The translations under genes were made by a program, and so were the position numbers. A DNA stretch of 64,000 nucleotides. It comes from Squalus acanthias. Lineage: Eukaryota. Shown one piece after another: positions 38,905 through 51,000 of this stretch (its first letter is position 1; each line of letters starts with the position of its first letter). Under the pieces are notes generated by a model. That model was not told where the DNA came from. It saw only the letters and a program-made list of their open reading frames with translations, and ran no database searches. The DNA is taken from NCBI GenBank assembly GCA_030390025.1, contig JASTWF010000033.1, forward strand, positions 4,466,001 to 4,530,000. Reading direction: 5' to 3'.

Positions 38905-41900
38905 CGATAGTAAAATACTGCGGATGCTGGAAATCTGAAATAACAACAGAAAATGCTGGAAATACTCAGCAGGCCAGGCAGCATCCATGGAGAGAGAAAC
39001 ATAGAAACATAGAAACATAGAAGATAGGAGCAGGAGTAGGCCATTCGGCCCCTCGAGCCTGCTCCGCCATTCGATGAGATCATGGCTGATCATCTAAACT
39101 CAGTACCCTGTACCTGCCTTCTCCCCATATCCCTTGATACCTTTAGCTTTAAGAAATATATCTAACTCATCCTTGAATATATTTAATGACCACGCCTCAA
39201 CTACAGAGTTAAAGTTTCAGTTCTGTAACCCTTCATCAGATCTGGTAAAAGTAACAGGTTTTAAGCAGTACCAGAGGCAGGGAAAGAGGGTGGGGGAGAG
39301 GAAGGAACTAAAGGGACAGTCTGTGCTAGGATTAGGAAAGCAAATGGTATGCTGGCCTTCATTACAAGAGGATTTAAGTACAGGGGTAAAGAAGTCTTAC
39401 TTCAATTATATTGGGCCTTGGTGAGACCACACCTGGAGTACTGTGTACATTGTTGGTCTCCTTACATAAGGAAGGATATTCCTGCCATAGAGGGAGTGCA
39501 ACGAAGGTTCACCAGATTTATTCCTGGGATGGCGGGACTGTCGTATGAGAAGAGATTGAGTAAACTCTGCCTGTATTCTCTTAAATTCAGAAGAATGAGA
39601 GGGGATCTCATTGAAGCATACAAAATTATTACAGGACTAGATAGGGTGGATCCTGGGAAAATGTTTCCCTTTGCTGCAGAGTCTAGAACCAGGGGCCACA
39701 GCCTCTAGATGAAGGGTAGTCCATTCAGGAATAAGATGAGAAGACATTTCTTCACACAGAGGGTGGTGAATCTTTGGAATTCTCTACCCCAGAGGTCAGT
39801 GGAGGCTCAGTCATTGGGTATATTCAAAACAGAAGTCGATAGATTTTTGACTTGTAAGAGCATCAAGGGATATGGCGATAGGGCAGGTGAATGGAGTTGA
39901 GGCAGAAGATCAGCCCTGATTTCATTAAATGGCGGAGCAGGTTCGATGGGCCGAATGGCCTACACCTGCTCCTATTTCTTATGTTCTTATGTTTCTATGA
40001 TTGAAGGCAGGATAGATTAAATGTTGCAAATGGGAATGGCAGAATCATCAACAACAGCCACATGAAAAAATAGGAGCAGGGGTTATCGTCTGAAATTTTT
40101 GAACTCTTAGTTGAGCCCAGAAGGCTGTAAAGTGCCTAATCGAAAGATGAGGTGCTGTTCCTCGAGCTTACGTTGAGCTTCATTGGAACAGTGTAAGAGG
40201 CCGTGGATGGAGAGGTCAGAGTGGGAGTGGAGCAGAGAATTAAAGTGAGAGGTGACCGGAAGCTCTGGGTCACAATTACGGACTGAATGGAGGTGTTCCG
40301 CAAAGCAGTCACTCAATCTGCGTTTGGTCTCCCCAATGTACAGGAGACCGCATCGTGAGCAGCGAATACAGTATAATACATTGCAAGAAGTACAAGTAAA
40401 TCGCTGTTTCCCTCGGAAGGAGAGTTTGAGGCCCTGGACTGTGGGAAGGGAGGAACTAAAAGGGCATTGGTTTCATCTCCTGCGCCTGCACAGGAAGGTG
40501 CCGGGCGAAGGGGTAGGCGTGTTGGGGGTGGTAGAGGAGTGGACCAGGGTGTCGCAGAGAGAGCGTTCCCTTCGGAATGCTGAAAGGGGAGATGAGGGGA
40601 AGATGTGTTTGGTGGTAGGATCACACTGGAGGTGGCGGAAATGGTGGAGGATGATCCGTTGAATGTGGAGGCTGGTGGGGTGAAAGGTGAGAACTAGGGG
40701 AACCCTATCGTGTTTCCAGGAGCGAGGGGGAGGGAAGACAGCGGAAATGCGGGAAATGAAACAGACACGGTCAAGGGCCATGCCAACTACAGTAGAGGGG
40801 AATCCTCGGTTGAGGAAAAAGGAAGACATGTCGGAAGCACTGGTATGGAACATGGCATCGTCAGAGCAGATGCGGCGGAGATGGAGAAAGTGGGAGAATG
40901 GTATAGTGTCCTTACAGGAACCGGGGTGGGAGGAAGTATAGTCCAGCTAGCTGTGAGAGTCAGTGGGCTTTCAGTGGATGTTTGTCAATAGCCGATCGCC
41001 AGAAATGGAGACAGAGAAGTCGAGGAAGGGAAGGGAAGAGTCGGAGATGAACCATGTGAAGGTGAGGGCAGGGTGGAAATTGGAAGCAAAGTGAATGAAA
41101 TGTTCTAGTTCAGGGCGAGAGCCGGAACCAGCACCGATGCAGTCATCAATGTACCGGAAAAAGAGGCGAGGGAGGGGACCTGAGTAGGAATGGAACAAAG
41201 AATGTTCCACATATCCCACGAAAAGGTAGGCATAGCTAGGAGACATGCGGGTTCCCATAGCAACACCTTTAATTTGGAGGACGTGTGTGGAGTCAAAAGG
41301 GAAGTTGTTCAATGTGAGAACAAGTTCAGCCAGGCGGAGGAGGGTGGTGGTGGATGGGGACTGGTTGAGCCTCTGTTCAAGGAAGAAAAGGAGCGCCCTC
41401 AGGCCATCCTTGTGGGGGATGCAGGTGTAGAGGGATTGGACGTCCATAATGAAAAGGAGAAGGTTGGGGCCGGGAAACTTGAAAGTGTTAAAGTGACGGA
41501 GGGCGTCAGAAGAGTCGCAGATGTAGGTTGTAAGGACTGCACAAGGGGAGATAAAATAGAGTCGAGGTAGGATGAGATAAGTTCCGTGGGGCAAGAGCAG
41601 GCTGAAACGATGGTTCTACCGGGGCAGTCTTGTTTGTGGATCTTGGGAAGGAGGTTGAAGCGGGCTGTGCGGGATTGGGGTACTATGAGGTTGGCTGCCA
41701 TGAAAGAAAGATCTCCAGAGGAGATGATGTCAGTGACGATCTTGGAAACGGTGGCTTGATGTTCGGTAGTAGGGTCAGGGTCCAGGCGGAGGTCGGATGA
41801 GGTGTCGGAGAGTTGGCTTCTAGCCTCTGCTAGGTAGAAGTAGGTTCGCCAAAACAACAACAGCACTACCCTTGTCAGCAGGTTTAATGACAATGTTTGG

Positions 41901-42955
41901 GTTCGATCTGAGAGAATGGAGTGCGGCAAGTTCAGTGGGAGGTAGGTTGGAGTGAGAGAGGGGAGCAGAGAAATTGAGACGGCCAATGTCACGCTGGCAG
42001 TTTGCAATGAAAAGATCTAGAGAGGTTAAGATGCTAGAGGGAGGGGTCCAGTTAGAACGAGAATTCTGAAAACGGGAGAAAGGGTAACCCGTGCGGGGGG
42101 GAAGACTCTTGGACAAAGAAGTTGGCACGGAAAGGAAGGCGGCGGAGAAAGAGCTCAGCATCGTGCCGAGCTCCAAATTCATTGAGGTGTGGTTGTAAGG
42201 GAATGAAGCTCAGGCCTTTGCTGAGTACTGATCGTTTGGGGCAGAGAGGGGAATGTCAGAGGGGATAGTGAAAACACGGCAGAGGGTGAGATTGGGAGAA
42301 GGGATGGGGTCAGAGGAAAGTGATGGGGTGGAAGGTCCCGGAGGTTGGTGTCCAAGCGTTGTTGAAGCTTGCGATCCTTGACAGCTGAAAGGAAGAAAAA
42401 AAGTTTGTTGTTAAAGCGCCGGATGAGGCGAAGGATGAACTGGAACTGCGGACCAGGACAGTTTTGAGATAGAATGAGTCGGTGCTGCTGAAGAGAGAGG
42501 TCGAGAGTGTTCATGTGCTGGCGCATGGCATTCAGCGTGGATCTCAGGATACGGCGAGAGCAGTGGTTCGAGGAACGCTGAATATATTGGAGATATCTGC
42601 AGTCCAGGGTGGACCCAAAACATGAGGGGTGGAATTTCAGTTGGAATCCACGTGGAGTAAGTCAGAGCCGGATACAATTGCTGAGGAAACATCTCTTAAT
42701 GTCTCTTAATCTCTCTTGCCTTCCATCCTATCACAAACCTTGCCTTTTCTTCTTCCCTATCTACCCCACTTTCCCTGCCACTGCACTTGCTTAAAAACCT
42801 GTTCGATCTACAACTTTTTCCAGTTCTAACGAAGGGTCATCGATGTGAAACGATAACTCTGTTTCTCTCTCCACAGGTGCAGCCTGACCTGCTGAATATT
42901 TCCAGCATTTTTTGTTTTTATTTCAGATTTCCAGCATCTGCAGTATTTTGCTTCT
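38905..42955 (-). mobile_element. Long decayed Penelope-like element (N-terminus, RT, GIY-YIG) with pLTRs at both ends in inverted orientation, interrupted by CR1 pieces
   Basis: VIKPADKG, LPKIHK, MDVQSLYT, GVAMGT, RYIDD and FLD motifs at 40107-42690; pLTRs at about 38905-39245 (minus) and 42690-42955 (plus). Confidence 0.88.
38998..39998. mobile_element. CR1 fragments nested in Penelope (minus tail about 38998-39202; plus RT and tail about 39330-39998)
   Basis: (CATAGAAA)n tail; LVRPHLEYCV ORF at 39349-39708. Confidence 0.85.
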
Positions 42956-42999
42956 GTACAAGTGTGAGGAGCTCATTGATATCTTTGTCTCTAAGATTG

Positions 43000-43829
43000 A
43001 GACCACTCTAGCAGCTGCCTCTGCCACTTCCTTCCCTTCCCCTGACCCTCCTTGAAGGTTAAACCTTGCCCTAGTCCTGAACTCGCTCTCTCTCCAGTTT
43101 CTGTCCAATCTCCCCTCATGCTCTCTCCGAGCAGAGCTCATCTTGTTCACGAGACCCACTTGCTGCTCGCTCGACCCTACTCCCACTAAACTGCTGACCA
43201 CCCAACCTCCTTTCCTGACTCCCATGTTAGTTGATATTGTTAACGGTTCCATCTCCTCTGGTACTGTCCCCCTCTCCTTCAAATCTGCCGTCATCACCCA
43301 TCTCCTGAAAAAAAAACAACTCTTGACCCCTCCGTCCTCGCAAACTACTGTCCCATCTCCAACCTCCTATTCCTCTCCAAAGTCCTTGAACATCCCAAAT
43401 TCGTACCCATCTTTCCTGGAACAACACGTTTGAATCCCTTTAATCAGGTTTCCGCCCCGCCACAGTCCCAAAACGGCACTTATCAACGTCAAAAATGGCA
43501 TCGTATGTGACTACGATAGAGGTAAACTATCCCTTCTCGGCCTTGTCAACCTGTCTGCAGCCTTTGACACGGTTGACCACACCATCCTTCTCCAACCCCT
43601 CTCCACCGTCATGCAGCTGGCTTGGTCTGCACTTGCCTGGCTCTATTATTATCTATCGAGTCGCAGACAGAGAATCACCTGAAATGGCTTCTCTTCCTGC
43701 TCCTGCACAGTTACATATGGTGTCCGCCAAGGATCTAGCCTTGGCCCCTCCTATTTCTCATCTACATGCTGGCCCTCAGCGACATCATATGAAAACAGCC
43801 AGTTTCAACCTGCACGTTGACGACACCCA
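43000..43829 (+). mobile_element. L2-clade LINE RT fragment, cut off at the (Y)ADDT motif by the LTR candidate
   Basis: CSLDPTPTKLL, SGFRPRHS, LSAAFDTVDH and HVDDT motifs. Confidence 0.75.
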
Positions 43830-45048
43830 TGTAGGGTTTGGCCAGTGCCAACATCAGTGGGTGCATGTGCCTGAAGGATCTTTGGACTTTTAAAACGGAT
43901 ATGTACCCTTTTACAATGGAGTCACACTTGGGCTGCGTTTCATAATAGAGTTTGGACTTTTGCACTTTAAAAAGGGAACTGATCTTTGTTTTCTGTGAAG
44001 ATAGCAGGAACTGTCTGTCTTTTGTGTTGCCATGGGAACAGTTTCAACGTTGACGTCATGAAAGGCAGGGCCCTTTTCAAATTCGAAATTGTGTGATTTC
44101 TGGAAAACCACCTTTTGTCCAATGAACCGGGATGTCTGGTTGGACAATGAGGTTTGCAGGCCAAAAGTAACGTCTCTGGACTTTTTCAAGGAAGGAGCAG
44201 TCAAGAACTTAACAAACAGTTAGCAAGTCGAGAGCTGCTACAGTAATGGACTTCCATTGTTTTCATCAAGATGACCAATCCAGGACAGAGACATCACCAG
44301 GAAGGCCAAATAGCATCTCTGCGACTACAGTAACCAGGAATCGCCCAGCCGGTTTCGTGTATTATACGGGGTATAAATATGCTGAACTTTGGGGATACAG
44401 TGCTTGCTTTTCTCTAACATCTGGGACGGGCTTCTCCGCGTAGCCCCGCGTCCGTCAACTCTCCAGGAACTCCCGAAGTGATTGCCTCGCCGTACCGCCT
44501 GAACGTAACTCTCTAGGCCTCATCGCATGCCTCTGTTAGGCACGGTACTGTCTCTGGATTCGAACAGAGCCGGGACCGCGTGAATCAACGACAAGGGCGG
44601 GTAATTATATCCAGCATACACCTCTAGAAATCCCCAGGACCGCCTGCGTGTTTGGCTGCTGAGGAACTGCAAGGATCCAAGATGCAGTCTAACATGTGTA
44701 TGTGTGTGAGGAGGCCTTCAAGTGTGGGTTCTGACCAAACCGGCTAAGATTCTGGGAAGGGGTTGGTTCGGCATTACAAACACAGTAGGTATTTTCGTCA
44801 AAAGTTATAAGCTAGTATCCACGGTCACCTCCTCGTTATGCCATAAGTGAGAGGCGTAGGGATTGTCGTTTTGTGAGTGTAATAAAAGGAATCGATCTTT
44901 CACCAACCTGAACCGTTTCGTTTTGTCTGAGTCAATTATAATCTATCCATAGTAACTCCTTGGGTCCGAAATGGGGGTTGTGGGACTTGTTGTTTGCGGT
45001 ATAAGTCGGAAGACCAACCGGGTGGCATCCGGTCATGGCCGGGTTACA
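43830..45048 (+). mobile_element. Candidate 5' LTR (about 1.2 kb) of the retrovirus-like element
   Basis: Starts TGTA exactly where the L2 stops and ends TACA; TATAAA at about 44372, AATAAA at 44881; no clean tRNA PBS or matching second LTR seen. Confidence 0.55.
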
Positions 45049-48000
45049 CACTAATCCCGCTGGGGACGCTGCGCATCGGGCATAGGAGAAGACCTATCTG
45101 GCCACGGACTCTCTCTCTGTGTGGGATTACCCGCTAATCGACGAGCTAGACAGGGACTTTTGGCAACAGCTGCTGCCGTCCAAGGGAAATTACGAAAACC
45201 GGGGAGTTTTTGAGGCACAGGTCGACACAAGGGAGAGTCACAGAAACACGGGGCATGCAAAATCACCCCACACTGGCGAATCCGGGATTAGTGTCTTTGC
45301 ATCAGGTGCTGGCGAGTCTGGGATTAGTGTCTATGCATCAGGTGCTGGCGAGTCCGGGATCAGTCTCTTTGCATCAGGTGCTGGCGAGTCCGGGATTAGT
45401 GTTTTTGAATCAGGTGCAGGCGAGTCCGGGATTAGTGTTTTTGCATCAGGTGCTGGCGAGTCCAGGATTACTGTGTATGCATCAGGTGCTGGCGAGTCCG
45501 GGATCAGTCTCTTTGCATCAGGTGCTGGCGAGTCCGGGATTAGTGCCTATGCATCAGATACTGGCGATTGCGGGATTCCTGTCTTTGCATCAGGTGCTGG
45601 CAAGTCCGGGATTAGTGTCTGTGCATCAGGTGCTGGCGAGTCCGGGATTAGTGTCTTTGCTTCAGGTGCTGGCGAGTCCGGGATTAGTGTCTTTGCATCA
45701 GGTGCTGGCGAGTCCGGGATTAGTGTCTTTCCATCAGGTGCTGGCGAGTCCGGGATTAGTGTCTATGCATCAGGTGCTGGCGAGTCCGGGATTAGTCTCT
45801 TTGCATCAGGTGCTGGCGAGTCCGGATTAGTGTCTTTGCTTCAGTTGCTTTCGAGACCGGGATTAGTGTCTTTCCATCACGTGCTGGCGAGTCCAGTATT
45901 AGTGTTTTGGCATCAGGTGCTGGGGAGTCCGGGATTAGTGTCTATGCATCAGCTGCTGGTGAGTCCGGGATTAGTGTTTTTGAATCAGGTGTAGGCGAGC
46001 CCGCGATTATTGTTTTTGCATGAGGTGCTGGCGAGTCCGGGATTAGTATCTTTGCATCATGTGCTGGCGAGTCCGGTATTAGTGTCTATGCATCCGGTGC
46101 TGGCGTGTCCGGGATTAGTCTCTTTGCATCAGCTGCTGGCGATTCCTGGATTACTGACTTTGCATCAGGAGCTGGCAAGTCCGGGATTAGTGTCTTTGCA
46201 TTAGGTGCTGGCGAGTCCGGGATTAGTGTTTTTGCATCGGGTGCTGTCGAGTCCGGGATTAGTGTCTTTGCATCAGTTGCTGGCGAATCCGTTATTAGTG
46301 TCGATGCATCAGATGCTGGCGAGTCCGGGATTAGACTCTTTGCATCAGGTGCTGGCGAGTCCGAGATTAGTGTCTTTGCATCAGGTGCTGGCGAGTCCGG
46401 GATTAGTGCATTTGCATCAGGTGCTGGCGAGTCCGGGATTATTCTCTTTGCATCTGGTGCTGGCGAGTCCGGGTTTAGTGTATTTGCTTCAGTTGCTGGC
46501 GAGTCCGGGATTAGTCTCTTTGCCGCAGGTGCTGGCGAGTCCGGGATAAGTGTTTTTGCATCAGGTGCTGGCGTGTCCGGGATTAGTGTTTTTGCATCAG
46601 GTACAGGCGATTCCGGGATTAGTGTCTATGCATCAGGTGCTGGCGAGTTCGGATTAGTGTTTTTGCATCAGGTGATGGCGAGTCCGGTATTAGTGTCTAT
46701 GCATCAGGTGCTGGCGAGTCCGGGATTAGTGTCTTTGCATCAGGTGCTGGCGAGTCCGGAATTAGTGTCTTTGCTTCAGTTGCTGGCGAGTCCGGGATTA
46801 GTGTCTGCATCAGGTGCTGGCGAGTCCGGGATTAGTGTCTGCATCTGGTGCTGGCGAGACCGGGATTAGTGTCTTTGCATCAGGTGCTGGCGAGAGCGGG
46901 ATTAGTGTCTTTGCTTCTGTTGCTGGCGAGTCCGGGATTAATGTCCTTGCCTCAGGTACAGTCGTGTCCGGGATTAGTGTCGTTGCCTCAGGTGCTAGCG
47001 AGAACGGGATTAGTGTATTTGCATCAGGTGCTGGCGAGTCCGGGATTATTCTCTTTGCATCTGGTGCTGGCGAGTCCGGGCTTAGTGTATTTGCTTCAGT
47101 TGCTGGCGAGTCCGGGATTAGTCTCTTTGCCGCAGGTGCTGGCGAGTCCGGGATAAGTGTTTTTGCATCAGGTGCTGGCGTGTCAGGGATTAGTGTTTTT
47201 GCATCAGGTGCTGGCGAGTTCGGATTGGTGTCTTTGCATCAGGTGCTGGCGAGTCCGGTATTAGTGTCTATGCATCAGGTGCTGGCGATTCCGGGATTAG
47301 TGTCTTTGCTTCAGTTGCTGGCGAGTCCGGGATTAGTGTCTTTGCATCAGGTGCTGGCGAGACCGGGATTAGTGTCTTTGCTTCAGGTGCTGGCGAGAGC
47401 GGGATTAGTGTCTTTGCTTCTGTTGCTGGCGAGTCTGGGATTAATGTCCTTGCCTCAGGTACAGTCGTGTCCGGGATTAGTGTCGTTGCCTCAGGTGCTA
47501 GCGAGACCGGGATTAGTGTATTTCCATCAGGTGCTGTCGAGTCCGGGATTAGTGTCTATGCATCAGGTGCTGGCGAGTCCGCGATTAGTTTCTTTGCATC
47601 ATATACAGGCCAGTCCGGGATTAATGTATTTGCCTCAGTTGCTGGCGAGTCCGGGATTAGTGGCCTTGACTCAGTAGCTGGCGATTCCGGGATTACTGTG
47701 TTTGCATCACGTGCTGGTGAGTCCTGGATTGGAGTCTTTGCATCAGGTGCTGGCGAGTCCGGGATTAGTATCTTTCCATCAGTTGCTGACATGGCCGGGA
47801 TAATGGTCTTTGGATCAGGTGCTGGCGAGTCCGGGATTAGTGTCTTTCCATCAGGTGCTGGCGAGTCCAGTATTAGTGTTTTTGCATCAGGTGCTGGGGA
47901 GTCCGGGATTAGTGTCTATGCATCAGGAGCTGGCGAGTCCGGGATTAGTGTTTTTGAATCAGGTGTAGGCGAGCCCGCGATTAGTGTTTTTGCATGAGGT

Positions 48001-51000
48001 GCTGGCGAGTCCGGGATTAGTGTCTTTGCATCAGGTGCTGGCGAGTCCGGGATTAGTATCTTTGCATCATGTGCTGGCGAGTCCGGTATTAGTGTCTATG
48101 CATCCGGTGCTGGCGTGTCCGGGATTAGTCTCTTTGCATCAGCTGCTGGCGATTCCTGGATTACTGACTTTGCATCAGGAGCTGGCAAGTCCGGGATTAG
48201 TGTCTTTGCATTAGGTGCTGGCGAGTCCGGGATTAGTGTATTTGCATCAGGTGCTGTCGAGTCCAGGATTAGTGTCTTTGCATCAGTTGCTGGCGAATCC
48301 GGTATTAGTGTCGATGCATCAGATGCTGGCGAGTCTGGGATTAGACTCTTTGCATCACGTGCTGGCGAGTCCGAGATTAGTGTCTTTGCACCAGGTGCTG
48401 GCGAGTCCGGGATTAGTGCATTTGCATCAGGTGCTGGCGAGTCCGCGATTAGTTTCTTTGCATCATATACAGGCCAGTCCGGGATTAATGTATTTGCCTC
48501 AGTTGCTGGCGAGTCCGGGATTAGTGGCCTTGACTCAGTAGCTGGCGATTCCGGGATTACTGTGTTTGCATCACGTGCTGGTGAGTCCTGGATTGGAGTC
48601 TTTGCATCAGGTGCTGGCGAGTCCGGGATTAGTATCTTTCCATCAGTTGCTGACATGGCCGGGATAATGGTCTTTGGATCAGGTGCTGGCGAGTCCGGGA
48701 TTAGTGTCTTTCCATCAGGTGCTGGCGAGTCCAGTATTAGTGTTTTTGCATCAGGTGCTGGGGAGTCCGGGATTAGTGTCTATGCATCAGGAGCTGGCGA
48801 GTCCGGGATTAGTGTTTTTGAATCAGGTGTAGGCGAGCCCGCGATTAGTGTTTTTGCATGAGGTGCTGGCGAGTCCGGGATTAGTGTCTTTGCATCAGGT
48901 GCTGGCGAGTCCGGGATTAGTATCTTTGCATCATGTGCTGGCGAGTCCGGTATTAGTGTCTATGCATCCGGTGCTGGCGTGTCCGGGATTAGTCTCTTTG
49001 CATCAGCTGCTGGCGATTCCTGGATTACTGACTTTGCATCAGGAGCTGGCAAGTCCGGGATTAGTGTCTTTGCATTAGGTGCTGGCGAGTCCGGGATTAG
49101 TGTATTTGCATCAGGTGCTGTCGAGTCCAGGATTAGTGTCTTTGCATCAGTTGCTGGCGAATCCGGTATTAGTGTCGATGCATCAGATGCTGGCGAGTCT
49201 GGGATTAGACTCTTTGCATCACGTGCTGGCGAGTCCGAGATTAGTGTCTTTGCACCAGGTGCTGGCGAGTCCGGGATTAGTGCATTTGCATCAGGTGCTG
49301 GCGAGTCCGGGATTATTCTCTTTGTATCTGGTGCTGGCGAGTCCGGGCTTAATGTATTTGCTTCAGTTGCTGGCGAGTCCGGGATTAGTCTCTTTGCCGC
49401 AGGTGCTGGCGAGTCCGGGATAAGTGTTTTTGCATCAGGTGCTGGCGTGTCCGGGATTAGTGTTTTTGCATCAGGTACAGGCGATTCCGGGATTAGTGTC
49501 TATGCATCAGGTGCTGGCGAGTTCGGATTAGTGTCTTTGCATCAGGTGATGGCGAGTCCGGTATTAGTGTCTATGCATCAGGTGCTGTCGAGTCCGGGAT
49601 TAGTGTCTTTGCATCAGGTGCTGGCGAGTCCGGAATTAGTGTCTTTGCTTCAGTTGCTGACATGGCCGGGATAATGGTCTTTGGATCAGGTGCTGGCGAG
49701 TCCGGGATTAGTGTCTTTCCATCAGGTGCTGGCGAGTCCAGTATTAGTGTTTTTGCATCAGGTGCTGGGGAGTCCGGGATTAGTGTCTATGCATCAGGAG
49801 CTGGCGAGTCCGGGATTAGTGTTTTTGAATCAGGTGTAGGCGAGCCCGCGATTAGTGTTTTTGCATGAGGTGCTGGCGAGTCCGGGATTAGTGTCTTTGC
49901 ATCAGGTGCTGGCGAGTCCGGGATTAGTATCTTTGCATCATGTGCTGGCGAGTCCGGTATTAGTGTCTATGCATCCGGTGCTGCCGTGTCCGGGATTAGT
50001 CTCTTTGCATCAGTTGCTGGCGAATCCGGTATTAGTGTCGATGCATCAGATGCTGGCGAGTCTGGGATTAGACTCTTTGCATCACGTGCTGGCGAGTCCG
50101 AGATTAGTGTCTTTGCACCAGGTGCTGGCGAGTCCGGGATTAGTGCATTTGCATCAGGTGCTGGCGAGTCCGGGATTATTCTCTTTGTATCTGGTGCTGG
50201 CGAGTCCGGGTTTAGTGTATTTGCTTCAGTTGCTGGCGAGTCCGGGATTAGTCTCTTTGCCGTAGGTGCTGGCGAGTCCGGGATAAGTGTTTTTGCATCA
50301 GGTGCTGGCGTGTCCGGGATTAGTGTTTTTGCATCAGGTACAGGCGATTCCGGGATTAGTGTCTATGCATCAGGTGCTGGCGAGTTCGGATTAGTGTCTT
50401 TGCATCAGGTGATGGCGAGTCCGGTATTAGTGTCTATGCATCAGGTGCTGTCGAGTCCGGGATTAGTGTCTTTGCATCAGGTGCTGGCGAGTCCGGAATT
50501 AGTGTCTTTGCTTCAGTTGCTGGCGAGTCCGGGATTAGTGTCTGCATCAGGTGCTGGCGAGACCGGGATTAGTGTCTTTGCATCAGGTGCTGGCGAGAGC
50601 GGGATTAGTGTCTTTGCTTCTGTTGCTGGCGAGTCCGGGATTAATGTCCTTGCCTCAGGTACAGTCGTGTCCGGGATTAGTGTCGTTGCCTCAGGTCCTA
50701 GCGAGAACGGGATTAGTGTATTTGCATCAGGTGCTGGCGAGTCCGGGATTATTCTCTTTGCATCTGGTGCTGGCGAGTCCGGGCTTAGTGTATTTGCTTC
50801 AGTTGCTGGCGAGTCGGGGATTAGTCTCTTTGCCGCAGGTGCTGGTGAGTCCGGGATAAGTGTTTTTGCATCAGGTGCTGGCGTGTCCGGGATTAGTGTT
50901 TTTGCATCAGGTACAGGCGATTCCGGGATTAGTGTCTATGCATCAGGTGCTGGCGAGTTCGGATTAGTGTCTTTGGATCAGGTGCTGGCGAGTCCGGTAT

